Below are positions 18,986 through 27,719 of a DNA stretch of 32,000 nt, in pieces. This stretch comes from Sediminihaliea albiluteola (GTDB taxonomy: Bacteria; Pseudomonadota; Gammaproteobacteria; Pseudomonadales; Halieaceae). The translations under genes were made by a program, and so were the position numbers. The stretch is taken from the NCBI RefSeq assembly GCF_014077625.1, contig NZ_JACFXU010000017.1:183284-215283 (forward strand). Direction: 5' to 3'. A model generated the notes under the pieces. It searched no databases, was not told the origin of the DNA, and worked only from the letters and a program-made list of their open reading frames with translations. How positions within the stretch are numbered: position 1 is the first letter of the stretch; every line of letters begins with the position of its first letter.

Positions 18986-19390
18986 AAATCAAAAAGATCA
19001 CTAGCCTGACCAAACGATATATCAACGCGAAAAAACCGATACCGATATGGTGCCGATATCTTAAGTATTGGGTTGTTTCAATTGCCTATACACCAACCAG
19101 TCTCAAACTGAGACATTTGACTATATGGAGCCGAGGCACTAACGAAAACCATATAGAGATTTTTGTCACATAAGTACGGCACTAGTACTTGATGGCAGTG
19201 TTTGTTCAGGAAAATTACCCCCCCCCCTTCTCTTACCCTCATCGTCTTTAACGGTGAGTCTTGCTGGCTCTGCTTGGTAGCACCTTCGGTGACGGTATGG
19301 GATCCAGTTGTTGCGTACTGGCTCCCATCAATCGCGCTGGTAGTTACCAGTGACTTCAGTTTCAATCCGATAGATTACTCGGGAGGCTCG

Positions 19391-19885
19391 ATGAATAATC
19401 TGCCCAAATTTCAAGCATCTGAAAGAACGATATATGGTGAGATCGGATCCAGTGAGGACAACTTAATTCGCGAGGCTATCGGCCTCATTGAATCTCGTTT
19501 ACGGAACACGGAGGTGTTCTCTCGACCCGACGACGCCCGTAGATTCTGTCAACTTCAGATTGCCTCAGAGCCGGACGAATACTTCTGCTGTCTTTACTTG
19601 GATTCCCAGCATCGCCTAATCGAGTTTGAAAGACTCTTCAGGGGCACCGTTGATGGCGCCGCTGTGTACCCAAGGGTCGTCGCCAGGCGAGCGCTGGAAC
19701 TCAATGCTGCCGCTCTCATATTGACCCACAATCATCCTTCCGGCGTGACTGAAGCCAGTGAGGCAGATAAGCGGATCACCAGAAGGCTGCAGGATGCACT
19801 CGGTTTAATGGATATAAGAATACTGGACCACATTATCGTGGGTACCTCCGGTACTTCATCGATGGCAGAAGCAGGATTTATCTAG
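19391..19885 (+). CDS. radC: RadC-like JAB-domain protein (YeeS/YkfG-type island RadC)
   Basis: JAMM motif region ALILTHNHPSGVTEASEADKRIT. The preferred start is ATG 19391, preceded by GGGAGG at 19381-19386. The ORF-track start at 19202 adds an implausible hydrophobic extension. Confidence 0.85.
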   Translation: MNNLPKFQASERTIYGEIGSSEDNLIREAIGLIESRLRNTEVFSRPDDARRFCQLQIASEPDEYFCCLYLDSQHRLIEFERLFRGTVDGAAVYPRVVARRALELNAAALILTHNHPSGVTEASEADKRITRRLQDALGLMDIRILDHIIVGTSGTSSMAEAGFI

Positions 19886-19892
19886 CTGGATC

Positions 19893-19920
19893 GGCGCCCT
19901 GAGGGGCGCTACTTTTTTTT
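19893..19920 (+). terminator. Rho-independent terminator after radC
   Basis: Stem GCGCCC (19894-19899) / GGGCGC (19904-19909) with loop TGAG, followed by TAC and a T8 run (19913-19920). Confidence 0.6.
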
Positions 19921-20169
19921 AAACCCTGGAAAATGGAGTCTCAGACTGAACATAAAATGGGATTATGCGCAGTGCCTCAGGCACTGTCCGCTACGCCGCA
20001 TAATCAATTTTATGTATAAATCTTTTCCTACTCTTTCAGTCGGCGGTACCGCCTCCCTGCTCCCGGCGCTGCGGTCCGCCTCGTCCGTCAGGCTCGCACC
20101 TCGTCGTCTTCCTACCTCGTTGGGCCTAGCTTGGGGAACAGCGCGGAGGCCACCGACCTACAAAAAAGT

Positions 20170-20457
20170 TCAGTCGTAGATGCCACCGCCGTACTCACCA
20201 AGACCTCGGTCCAGCTCCCTGGTCGGGTTCACGCTGGAGCTATCCCTCATTTGAGCGTCAGGATCAATACTGTACTCAATCTGGTCACCTGGGTCCGAAA
20301 GATCATATTCATAACGGTTCCCTGTTGAGCTCTCGTAGCCACGTGTCTCCGAAGTCCCATAACTCCCACTTGAAGAGCTACTACCATAGATCTGGGTTGA
20401 GTTGTCATTGCCATAGACATCCGAGTCCTGAGCCAATGCGCCTGACGCCACAAACAA
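20170..20457 (-). CDS. Small secreted Ser/Gly/Tyr/Asp-rich protein; start unresolved
   Basis: The 95-aa ORF starts at a TTG. The same open frame upstream reads (I)KKLTLTLLFVASGALA-QD, a textbook signal peptide, but its first codon at 20481-20479 is ATA rather than ATG. The mature part is low-complexity (YGSSSSSGSYGTSETRGYESSTGNRYEY). Confidence 0.4.
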   Translation of the reverse strand: MFVASGALAQDSDVYGNDNSTQIYGSSSSSGSYGTSETRGYESSTGNRYEYDLSDPGDQIEYSIDPDAQMRDSSSVNPTRELDRGLGEYGGGIYD

Positions 20458-20571
20458 CAGTGTGAGAGTGAGTTTTTTTATTTTTAGTCTTCTCTGGGTG
20501 AATTTGACATTGATCCTACATGTAGTCTGGGCTGAATCCTGGAACTCTAGGCTAATTCTGCGACATGATTC

Positions 20572-23500
20572 TCACGCTGTGCGACTGCAGCCCTGATCAT
20601 TGTTTGTTCGGCGCCCAATCAGTAGCTCTAGGATCAGCAAAGCGAATGCCCTACTGGTCTCTTCACTGTCCAGAACCGGCAAGGACAGCTTCTCGTTGTC
20701 CCCAATTGTATCCAGTACAGCATCGGTCACGCGCTTGGGAAGCAGACCGTGCATTACCTTCTCGGTGGTATGACCACGAATCTGGGCCATAACCTCCTCG
20801 TCACGCTCGATCCGGTCAGCAATGCCATTGGCGAAGTGGAGCTTATCCTGGTCATCAACCTCGGCACCAAACAAGTCGTTCAGACGCTCGATGATTTCCG
20901 ATAGCCGTGCCTTTTCGAGGTCGTGGGGCTTGCCGGTGCCCACTTCCTTCAGTGGTTTGAGAGCGTACTCGCCTTCTTTTTCAGCCAGGCGTAGCTGTTG
21001 CTCAGTCCGCTTGGTCAGCCGGTAATGGGTCAGTGACAGCTCGGATACGTCGACCTTTGCCTCGTCCAGACGATCCACCCTCAGCAGCGGATGGAGGTGT
21101 CGGGCATAGACACATAGTTGTTCCAGGTCGGCATCGTCGTAGTGGACGATCTGCGATAGGAACTCATAGGCCCTGACTAAGCTCTGCAAGTTCTTACGAA
21201 AAAGGTCCAGAGTATCCCTGGCTTTGCCCGCTTCCTCCAGCTCTGCCTGGGCACGCTGCAGGCCCTCACGGTCGCCGCTTCTTTCTGCGCTAGCATGGGC
21301 CTGACCCCAGGCCTGAATGTCCTCCAGGGCTGCTTGGTAGCGCACGCGAAAACGATCCACTGCAGGCTGGCAGTAATAACTCAGACGAGAGGCCGGCACC
21401 TTTGGATCAAAGAAAGCTAAGGCAAAGGATGAGACTTCATCCGCATGGTAGATCCCCTCGGCATCTAGGTTACGCTGCAGGTCATAAACGATCTGGGCAT
21501 CGGATACGTCTTCTAGTTCCGCCTTGCCGTAATACGGAGCGAAGGCATCGAGGATATCCTGGGGATCATTGTAGAAGTCGAGAATGAAAGTATCCTTGCC
21601 CGGGAAGATCCGGTTCAGCCGAGACAGGGTCTGAACACAGTCTACGCCCTGCAGCTTCTTATCCACATACATGGCGCAGAGCTTGGGTTGGTCGAAGCCA
21701 GTCTGATACTTGTTGGCTGCGATCATCACGTTGAAGTCAGTGGTATCGAAGGCGTCGGCCAGGTCCCGTCCCCGCAAACCAGGGTTCAGAAGTTGGCTGG
21801 TTTCCGACACTTCCTCGGGAATCACGTCGTCTGCAGGCACGGTGCCCGAGAAGGCCACCAGCGGATGAACATTGTCGTACTCCATCTGTGCAATGTACTT
21901 CCGCATGGCCAGCGCATAGCGCACTGCCTCCTGCCGGCTGCCCGTCACCACCATGGCCTTGGCTTGGCCATCCAGTAAATGCCGTACATGTTCCCGGAAG
22001 TGTTCGACGATGATCTCCACCCGCTGGCTGATGTTGTAGGGGTGAAGCCGTACCCATTTAGCCAGGGTCGCGGAAGCTTTGCGGGACTCGACTTCGGTGT
22101 CGTCACCGTCGGGGTGTGAGAGCTTCCAGGCAGTGTTGTAGGTGAGGTAGCGTTTCAAGACATCCAGGATGAAGCCTTCCTCGATGGCTTGCCTCATGGA
22201 GTACATGTGGAAGGGCTCCGGCAGATTATCCTTGCTCGTCGGCTGCTTCGGGTTTGGCGGTCGACCGAACAGTTCCAGGGTTTTGGCTTTGGGGGTGGCA
22301 GTAAAAGCGTAGTAGCTGATACGTTCCGTCGGCTTGCGGGCCTGTACTGCGGCATCCAATAGTTCCTCGGCGCTGACCTCTTCGCTGTCTGGCTTGTCGG
22401 CTCCCAGTATGGCCTTCAGCTTCGTTGCTGAGGAGCCGGTCTGTGAAGAATGCGCCTCATCGGCAATCACCGCATACTTCCCACTGGCCAGTTCCGGGTA
22501 TTTGTCCAGTGCATCGAACAGCGCCGGGAAGGTCTGGATGGTCACGATGATGATGCGGGTCTGGTTGGCCAGGGCCTCGGCCAACTGTTCCGACTTGCTC
22601 TGATTGCCAATGTCCCGGGTGATGGGCCTCACCACACCCTGGGCATGTTTAAACTGGTAGATAGTGTCCTGCAGCTGGCTGTCGAGCACGGTACGGTCAG
22701 TGACGACTACCACGGAGTTGAACAGTTTACTGGCACCGGTGGCGTCATAGAGGGAAGCCAGTTGATGAGCCAGCCAGGCAATGGAATTTGACTTGCCCGA
22801 CCCCGCCGAGTGCTGGATCAGGTAGCGTTGGCCTGCCCCTTCGTCCTTGGTGGTTTCAATCAGTCGGGTCACCGCCTGCCACTGGTGGTAGCGGGGGAAG
22901 ATCAGGGTCTCCTTGATGGTTTTGGTGCCGTCGAAGTTCTGGTTTTCCTGACTATCTAGGTGCAGAAAACGACCCAGAATGATCAGCCAGGCATCCTTCT
23001 CAAACACTTGGTTCCACAGGTAGGCCGTGGCGTAGGTGTTCTCATTGGGGGCCGGAGGATTGCCTGCACCACCTTCCAGTGAGCCCTGGTTGAAGGGCAG
23101 GAAGTAAGTGGCCTTCCCATCCAGGCGGGTGGTCATGGCCACCTCGGACTGGCTCACAGCAAAGTGGACCAGGGCGCCACGCTTGAAAGTTAGCAGCGGC
23201 TCTGGCTTGCGGGTCACCGGGTCCTTTGGCGGCCGGTCTTGTCGGTACTGCCGCTTGGCGTTCTCCACCGATTGCTTGAACTGGCTCTTCAGTTCCAGGG
23301 TAGCGGTGGGAATGCCGTTGACGAAGAGTACTAGGTCCAGCCTCGGGTTGTACTCTCCCGGCCTGGCATGTGGGGAGTAGGAGACCTCAGGTACAACTCT
23401 CAGCCGGTTCGCCCCATAGCGCGCCTGCGCCTCCGGATTCATGCCGTGGTCAGGCCGGAAGCTGCACAGGTCAATCTTAACCCCGGGCACTTTGAAGCCA

Positions 23501-23760
23501 TGGCGCAGCACTTCCAAAGTGCCGTGCCGGTCCAGCTCTCGCGCCACCGCCTTGACCAGAGCCGCTGCAGGGTCCTGAGGATTGTTCTTACAGAACTTTT
23601 CCCAGCGCTCCGGATAGGCCTCCTGAACGAAGCCAAGCAGGTCCTCAGTATAGAGGGCGGTGGCGGGGTCGTAGCCGGAGGCAGGGCCAGTCAGCCAGCC
23701 ATCGGCCACCATCTGGTCGATGATGTCCTGCTGGAATTGAAGTTCGCGACTGTTTGCCAT
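20572..23760 (-). CDS. hsdR: Type I restriction enzyme R subunit
   Basis: 1062 aa. It has an N-terminal PD-(D/E)xK nuclease (DLVLFVNGIPTATLELK), SF2 helicase motif I HSAGSGKS, motif II ADEAHSSQ, a later YQTGFDQP, and the long C-terminal helical domain typical of HsdR. Confidence 0.95.
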   Translation of the reverse strand: MANSRELQFQQDIIDQMVADGWLTGPASGYDPATALYTEDLLGFVQEAYPERWEKFCKNNPQDPAAALVKAVARELDRHGTLEVLRHGFKVPGVKIDLCSFRPDHGMNPEAQARYGANRLRVVPEVSYSPHARPGEYNPRLDLVLFVNGIPTATLELKSQFKQSVENAKRQYRQDRPPKDPVTRKPEPLLTFKRGALVHFAVSQSEVAMTTRLDGKATYFLPFNQGSLEGGAGNPPAPNENTYATAYLWNQVFEKDAWLIILGRFLHLDSQENQNFDGTKTIKETLIFPRYHQWQAVTRLIETTKDEGAGQRYLIQHSAGSGKSNSIAWLAHQLASLYDATGASKLFNSVVVVTDRTVLDSQLQDTIYQFKHAQGVVRPITRDIGNQSKSEQLAEALANQTRIIIVTIQTFPALFDALDKYPELASGKYAVIADEAHSSQTGSSATKLKAILGADKPDSEEVSAEELLDAAVQARKPTERISYYAFTATPKAKTLELFGRPPNPKQPTSKDNLPEPFHMYSMRQAIEEGFILDVLKRYLTYNTAWKLSHPDGDDTEVESRKASATLAKWVRLHPYNISQRVEIIVEHFREHVRHLLDGQAKAMVVTGSRQEAVRYALAMRKYIAQMEYDNVHPLVAFSGTVPADDVIPEEVSETSQLLNPGLRGRDLADAFDTTDFNVMIAANKYQTGFDQPKLCAMYVDKKLQGVDCVQTLSRLNRIFPGKDTFILDFYNDPQDILDAFAPYYGKAELEDVSDAQIVYDLQRNLDAEGIYHADEVSSFALAFFDPKVPASRLSYYCQPAVDRFRVRYQAALEDIQAWGQAHASAERSGDREGLQRAQAELEEAGKARDTLDLFRKNLQSLVRAYEFLSQIVHYDDADLEQLCVYARHLHPLLRVDRLDEAKVDVSELSLTHYRLTKRTEQQLRLAEKEGEYALKPLKEVGTGKPHDLEKARLSEIIERLNDLFGAEVDDQDKLHFANGIADRIERDEEVMAQIRGHTTEKVMHGLLPKRVTDAVLDTIGDNEKLSLPVLDSEETSRAFALLILELLIGRRTNNDQGCSRTA

Positions 23761-23943
23761 CCCTGGGCTCCAATGTGTTGTTCTAGTTTTGTTGACGGGT
23801 AAAGGTATGGCATGGGGAGGCCTGGTGCAAACACAAGGCGATTGAGTACTGGCGGCCTGTATCCACTCTCTGTGCTTGCAATCGCTGTCTCAGCGGGGTA
23901 TCTACCTCACTGTGGTACAACAACAAAAAATAGGAGGCCCATC

Positions 23944-24276
23944 ATGGCCGGCAAGTACGACCTTAAAACCAGCCCCAGTGGCAAGTTCATGTTCAACCTG
24001 AAGGCTGGCAACGGCCAGATCATTCTCACAAGCCAGCTGTATGAGTCCAAAGCAGCGGCGGAGAATGGTATTGAGTCAGTCCGTACGAACTCTCCAGATG
24101 ACAACCGCTACGAGCGCAAGGTCTCGAAGAGCAACGAGCCTTACTTCGTTCTGAAGGCTGCCAATGGCCAGGTCATCGGGACCAGTGAGATGTACTCCGG
24201 CAATGCTGCCATGGAGAACGGCATCCAGTCGGTCAAGACCAATGGTCCAACCGCACCTGTAGAAGACCATGCCTGA
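23944..24276 (+). CDS. yegP: YegP-family protein (tandem DUF1508)
   Basis: 110 aa from ATG 23944, with AGGAGG 7 nt upstream. There are two DUF1508 repeats: FMFNLKAGNGQIILTSQLYESKAAAENGIESVRTN and YFVLKAANGQVIGTSEMYSGNAAMENGIQSVKTN. The ORF-track start at 23812 is a 5' extension. Confidence 0.8.
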   Translation: MAGKYDLKTSPSGKFMFNLKAGNGQIILTSQLYESKAAAENGIESVRTNSPDDNRYERKVSKSNEPYFVLKAANGQVIGTSEMYSGNAAMENGIQSVKTNGPTAPVEDHA

Positions 24277-24371
24277 GCATATTGATGTCTGGGCCAGCTT
24301 CCTCTGACCCAGACCTTCCTTCCACCTGTACACTGTTCTGGTTCAATCCAGTTCAGTGAGTCAGCAACGCT

Positions 24372-25046
24372 ATGTGCGGTCGCTTCAACATCACAGACCT
24401 GCCGGGGCTTCAGGGCTTACTCGATTACCTGGGGATTGATCTGCAGTTACCAGAACCTCGGTACAACGTAGCCCCGACAGAAGACATCCTCTTGTTGCGT
24501 GAAGGGCGCGGTGACCTTGCTCGGTGGTGGCTGGTGCCCTCCTGGGCCAAGGAGGTCAGCACGAACTACAGCATGTTCAATGCTCGAGCCGAGTCTCTGG
24601 CCAAGAGCCCGGCCTTTCGGGGACCATTCCGCCGGCAACGCGGCGTTGTACCCATGTCCAGTTTCATAGAGTGGCGGGTAGAACAAGGGAAGAAGCAACC
24701 CTGGGTCATTACCAATGAAGCCAACACCATCATTGCAGCGGCTCTGTGGGATCTATGGGAGGGTGAAGATACGCCACTGCTCTCTTGCACCCTGGTCACC
24801 ACGGAAGCAGCAGAGGCCTTCAGGCCTTGGCACAACCGAATGCCGGTGATGCTCACACGGGAGGAATGTCTACGGTGGCTGGACAACTCTCAACCCATTG
24901 AACCTGGCGATCTGATGCTGGCGCCTGTTCTAAAAGAAGATCTGCAGCTGTATCCGGTCAACCGAGCGGTGGGTAATGCCTCAAACACAGATCCAGCCCT
25001 CTTCAAGCCGACTGAACCGGCCATTGTCTTGAAGTCGAGTCAGTGA
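24372..25046 (+). CDS. SOS-response-associated peptidase (SRAP / YedK family, abasic-site processing protein)
   Basis: 224 aa. The N-terminal MCGRF carries the catalytic Cys2. YNVAPT, MFNARAESL and RCVVP-like RGVVPMSSFIEW segments are typical of SRAP. Confidence 0.85.
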   Translation: MCGRFNITDLPGLQGLLDYLGIDLQLPEPRYNVAPTEDILLLREGRGDLARWWLVPSWAKEVSTNYSMFNARAESLAKSPAFRGPFRRQRGVVPMSSFIEWRVEQGKKQPWVITNEANTIIAAALWDLWEGEDTPLLSCTLVTTEAAEAFRPWHNRMPVMLTREECLRWLDNSQPIEPGDLMLAPVLKEDLQLYPVNRAVGNASNTDPALFKPTEPAIVLKSSQ

Positions 25047-25077
25047 GTAACCAGGCACTGTCCAGGAGAACCGCACC

Positions 25078-25786
25078 TTGAACCCCGACAGGCTCACCAT
25101 TGTTGGCATTGATTGCGCTACTGACCCACGTTCAGTGGGCTTGGCTCTGGGTGTGTTGGACGCTGGGCAGCTTCACATCAGCCATGCAGAGCTTGGATCA
25201 AGCAGTCCTGAGATTGCCACATGCATTGCTCAGTGGCTGCCTCCTAGTACTCCGGCTCTGATTGCCTTGGATGCGCCACTGGGCTGGCCCGAGCCACTGG
25301 GCAGAACTCTGGCGACACATCAGGCAGGCGATCCTGTGACCCGGGAGGCCAATCTGCTCTTTCGTCAAGCTACGGATCGGTACATCAAGGCACAAACCGG
25401 CAAGCAACCTCTGGATGTTTGTGCTGACAGTATCGCTCGTACTGCAGTAGCCGCCCTTACTTTACTGGACCGTACCAGAGCAGCACCAGGACAGGCGATT
25501 CCATTGGCATGGTCTCCGGATGTCACCACTCTGTCTGCCATTGAGGTCTATCCAGTAGGCACCCTGACAGCCCATGGGCTCCCCAGCTAAAGCTACAAGC
25601 TGAACCGGCCAGGTCCATTGGCAGATACACGAACACATTCTCGGAGCACTGCCTAACTGGGTCACCGTGGAGCAGACTAAGGCATTGCTCGAGAACGCCG
25701 ATGATCTGGATACAGCTATGTGTTGCGTGGCTGGAGCTGACTTTCTGGTAGGTCTCAATTCTCATCCTGACGAGATCAAACCTTAG
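25078..25786 (+). pseudogene. DUF429-family (RNase H-like fold) gene, disrupted
   Basis: The 170-aa ORF (TTG start, AGGAG upstream) begins IVGIDCA...ALDAPLGWP like DUF429 and ends at an in-frame TAA (25588-25590). The expected C-terminal part (...EHILGALPNWVTVEQTKALLENADDLDTAMCCVAGADFLVGL...) continues in the +1 frame to the TAG at 25784-25786. This implies one nonsense change plus one frameshift. Confidence 0.6.
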
Positions 25787-25937
25787 TCTGCACGGAGCGC
25801 TGGATTTGGGTAAGACGCATGTAAGATTGAAGAAGCAAGTGCTCTTCAAACCATGGGCCCCCACAAGCGTTCTGAAGTCATGCGAGTGATCACCTAACCG
25901 GTCCCGCATTGAGTCCAGCAACGTGAATTTACCTCTT

Positions 25938-27629
25938 CTAATGAGATATGTGTCCCCGGAGCCACTCGGTGAACATCGACCACAACGAGGCGTCACCTAG
26001 CTCTGAAATCAACAGAGTCACGCTAGCCACCGCCATAGAGCAACCAGCAACGACTAGTGCTCGATTCCCAATCCGTGCCGATTCCGCGCTTGCCCCCAGC
26101 GCCGCAGCTGTGGCGAGAACCGCGCGGTAGTTTTTGTCCTCTTCGAGCAACTGCCTAAACTGATCAGCGCCACGCTCACCGAAGAACTTGATCAGATCGA
26201 ACCCTTCGCGCCTTGGTTGGTCGGCCTCGAAAGGTAAGGCCCTCACCTCAATCCCGTAAAAATTTCGCCAACGCTCGCTCCACAGTTGGCGACTATCACG
26301 TGCCAGTGCCGGCAGATCGAGGCCAGACTCTAGTAACTCAACACTTAAACGGCGAGCCCTTCGAACGGTGAATCGCCGATGCCGAATGGTCGCCAAGTCA
26401 CGCGCAGCCGAATACACGGCCCGCTGCTCCTGGAGGTACCGCATAACGGCAAGGTAGAGAATGAAAGAGCGTGCGGCATGGTTGAACATGTGACCGATCG
26501 TCCCAGCAGCGTAGGGCTTTTCCCCATAGCCGACGCCATCGTTCTCGTCCACGACTCTCTGGTACTCACCGGCTATTGCCCAGCAGTTCCGCAGCGGCTC
26601 GTGCGGCCCCGAATGTCCCTCGGTCGGAATGAGGCAAGCGCCCAGCATCTGAGGCGATACGAATCGGTCGTGCCCGGCATTACTCATGCCCAACGCTCTC
26701 AATCCATCATCCGCTTCAGCTAGCTTTTGCTCGTCGGCAAGGTCAATCCCGTCGAACAAGTTCAAATCCAGCACCGGATGCGAATCTGATCGCGACGAGA
26801 AGAACCCCGGACACCGTTGGGAAAGCCACCGCCTCGCAAGGTGGTGAAGCCGCTGCCGCTCACGCTGAGTGGCTTCAATTGCGGCAAAGTAGCGATTGGC
26901 CACCCTGGGCTGCTGAAACCATCGCCATGTCAATGTTGGCTCATGATTCCTTCGCCAAACATTATCAAGACTAGACTCGCCAAAGGTGCTGAAATGGAAG
27001 AACGCGACCACAGCAGTAACACCACCTCCCAGCTGAACTGCTGTGATGTCTATGAACTTGAACTCACTCGGCAAGTCTTCACGCTTGGCGCCCAAAACTG
27101 GGTTCTTGGTGTCTGTCCTCGCAACAGAGCCAATTACCCACCAACCAAGTCCCTGGCCGTCACGTGCACGCCTGAGCGATTCTATATTGGATTCTTCGAG
27201 TCCGCGAGCTAGAGATTGCTCCCAGCCATTGTGCCGTAGCGATCGCTCCAGGTCTCTGTACTTGCTAGGGGGAAATAGTTCAACTGTCCACAATCCACCC
27301 TGACGGACCCGTGCTTGCTCAGGAAGTACAAGATTTTGACTGGGATCATCTAACGCTTCAACCTTGTTCCGTTGATGCTGATCGAACGCTAAAAGGGCGT
27401 TGATGCCGCTAAGGAGTATACGACGAGCTGTAGCCGGGATCATTCGGCGAGGCCAGGACCACAGACACCAGCCCAGGAACCGGTATATAACGTCGTACCA
27501 GCGCCACCGAGTGCCAATTTCCGGAACGAGCTCGAATAGGCGGCTGACTCTGTCATTCACCACCGCTGATGGTGCGACCTTCGAGCCCCGTCGGCTACGC
27601 TCGGAAGTACTAGTAGGCGAATGGCTCAC
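25938..27629 (-). CDS. Hypothetical 563-aa protein embedded in the type I R-M operon; no recognisable domain
   Basis: Long uninterrupted ORF on the same strand as hsdM-hsdS, 90 nt downstream of the hsdS stop. It has a GTG start with AAGGA upstream. It is Trp/Arg-rich, with hydrophobic segments near aa 46-59 (VIYRFLGWCLWSW), 200-213 and 523-543 (ALVVAGCSMAVASVTLLISEL). I found no Walker, nuclease or HTH motif. Confidence 0.7.
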   Translation of the reverse strand: MSHSPTSTSERSRRGSKVAPSAVVNDRVSRLFELVPEIGTRWRWYDVIYRFLGWCLWSWPRRMIPATARRILLSGINALLAFDQHQRNKVEALDDPSQNLVLPEQARVRQGGLWTVELFPPSKYRDLERSLRHNGWEQSLARGLEESNIESLRRARDGQGLGWWVIGSVARTDTKNPVLGAKREDLPSEFKFIDITAVQLGGGVTAVVAFFHFSTFGESSLDNVWRRNHEPTLTWRWFQQPRVANRYFAAIEATQRERQRLHHLARRWLSQRCPGFFSSRSDSHPVLDLNLFDGIDLADEQKLAEADDGLRALGMSNAGHDRFVSPQMLGACLIPTEGHSGPHEPLRNCWAIAGEYQRVVDENDGVGYGEKPYAAGTIGHMFNHAARSFILYLAVMRYLQEQRAVYSAARDLATIRHRRFTVRRARRLSVELLESGLDLPALARDSRQLWSERWRNFYGIEVRALPFEADQPRREGFDLIKFFGERGADQFRQLLEEDKNYRAVLATAAALGASAESARIGNRALVVAGCSMAVASVTLLISELGDASLWSMFTEWLRGHISH

Positions 27630-27719
27630 TGGCGAACACTTTCCTTCGAGAGGCTACCAAAGAAACTGTCGAGCGCCCAAGCGGGAAACTCGCTCCAGAA
27701 CAGATGCTGCAACCTTGGT

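Noticed and set aside
18648-19173. Three overlapping ORFs (18648-19025 minus, 18762-19004 plus, 18859-19173 plus) covering the GC-rich element.
   Set aside because: Their translations are Pro/Arg/Gly-rich strings in mutually overlapping frames without start-site context. The open frames are a side effect of high G+C. The region is better explained as structured non-coding sequence.
24326-24341. Possible LexA (SOS) box upstream of the SRAP gene: CTGTACACTGTTCTGG.
   Set aside because: It matches only the first half-site of the gammaproteobacterial CTGT-N8-ACAG consensus, because the second half is CTGG. No better box was found upstream of yegP either, so SOS control is not supported by sequence.
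25523-25996. A 157-aa minus-strand ORF spanning the gap between the DUF429 pseudogene and orf563.
   Set aside because: It overlaps the readable DUF429 C-terminal frame on the opposite strand and the 3' end of orf563. Its product has no motifs, so it is most likely spurious.
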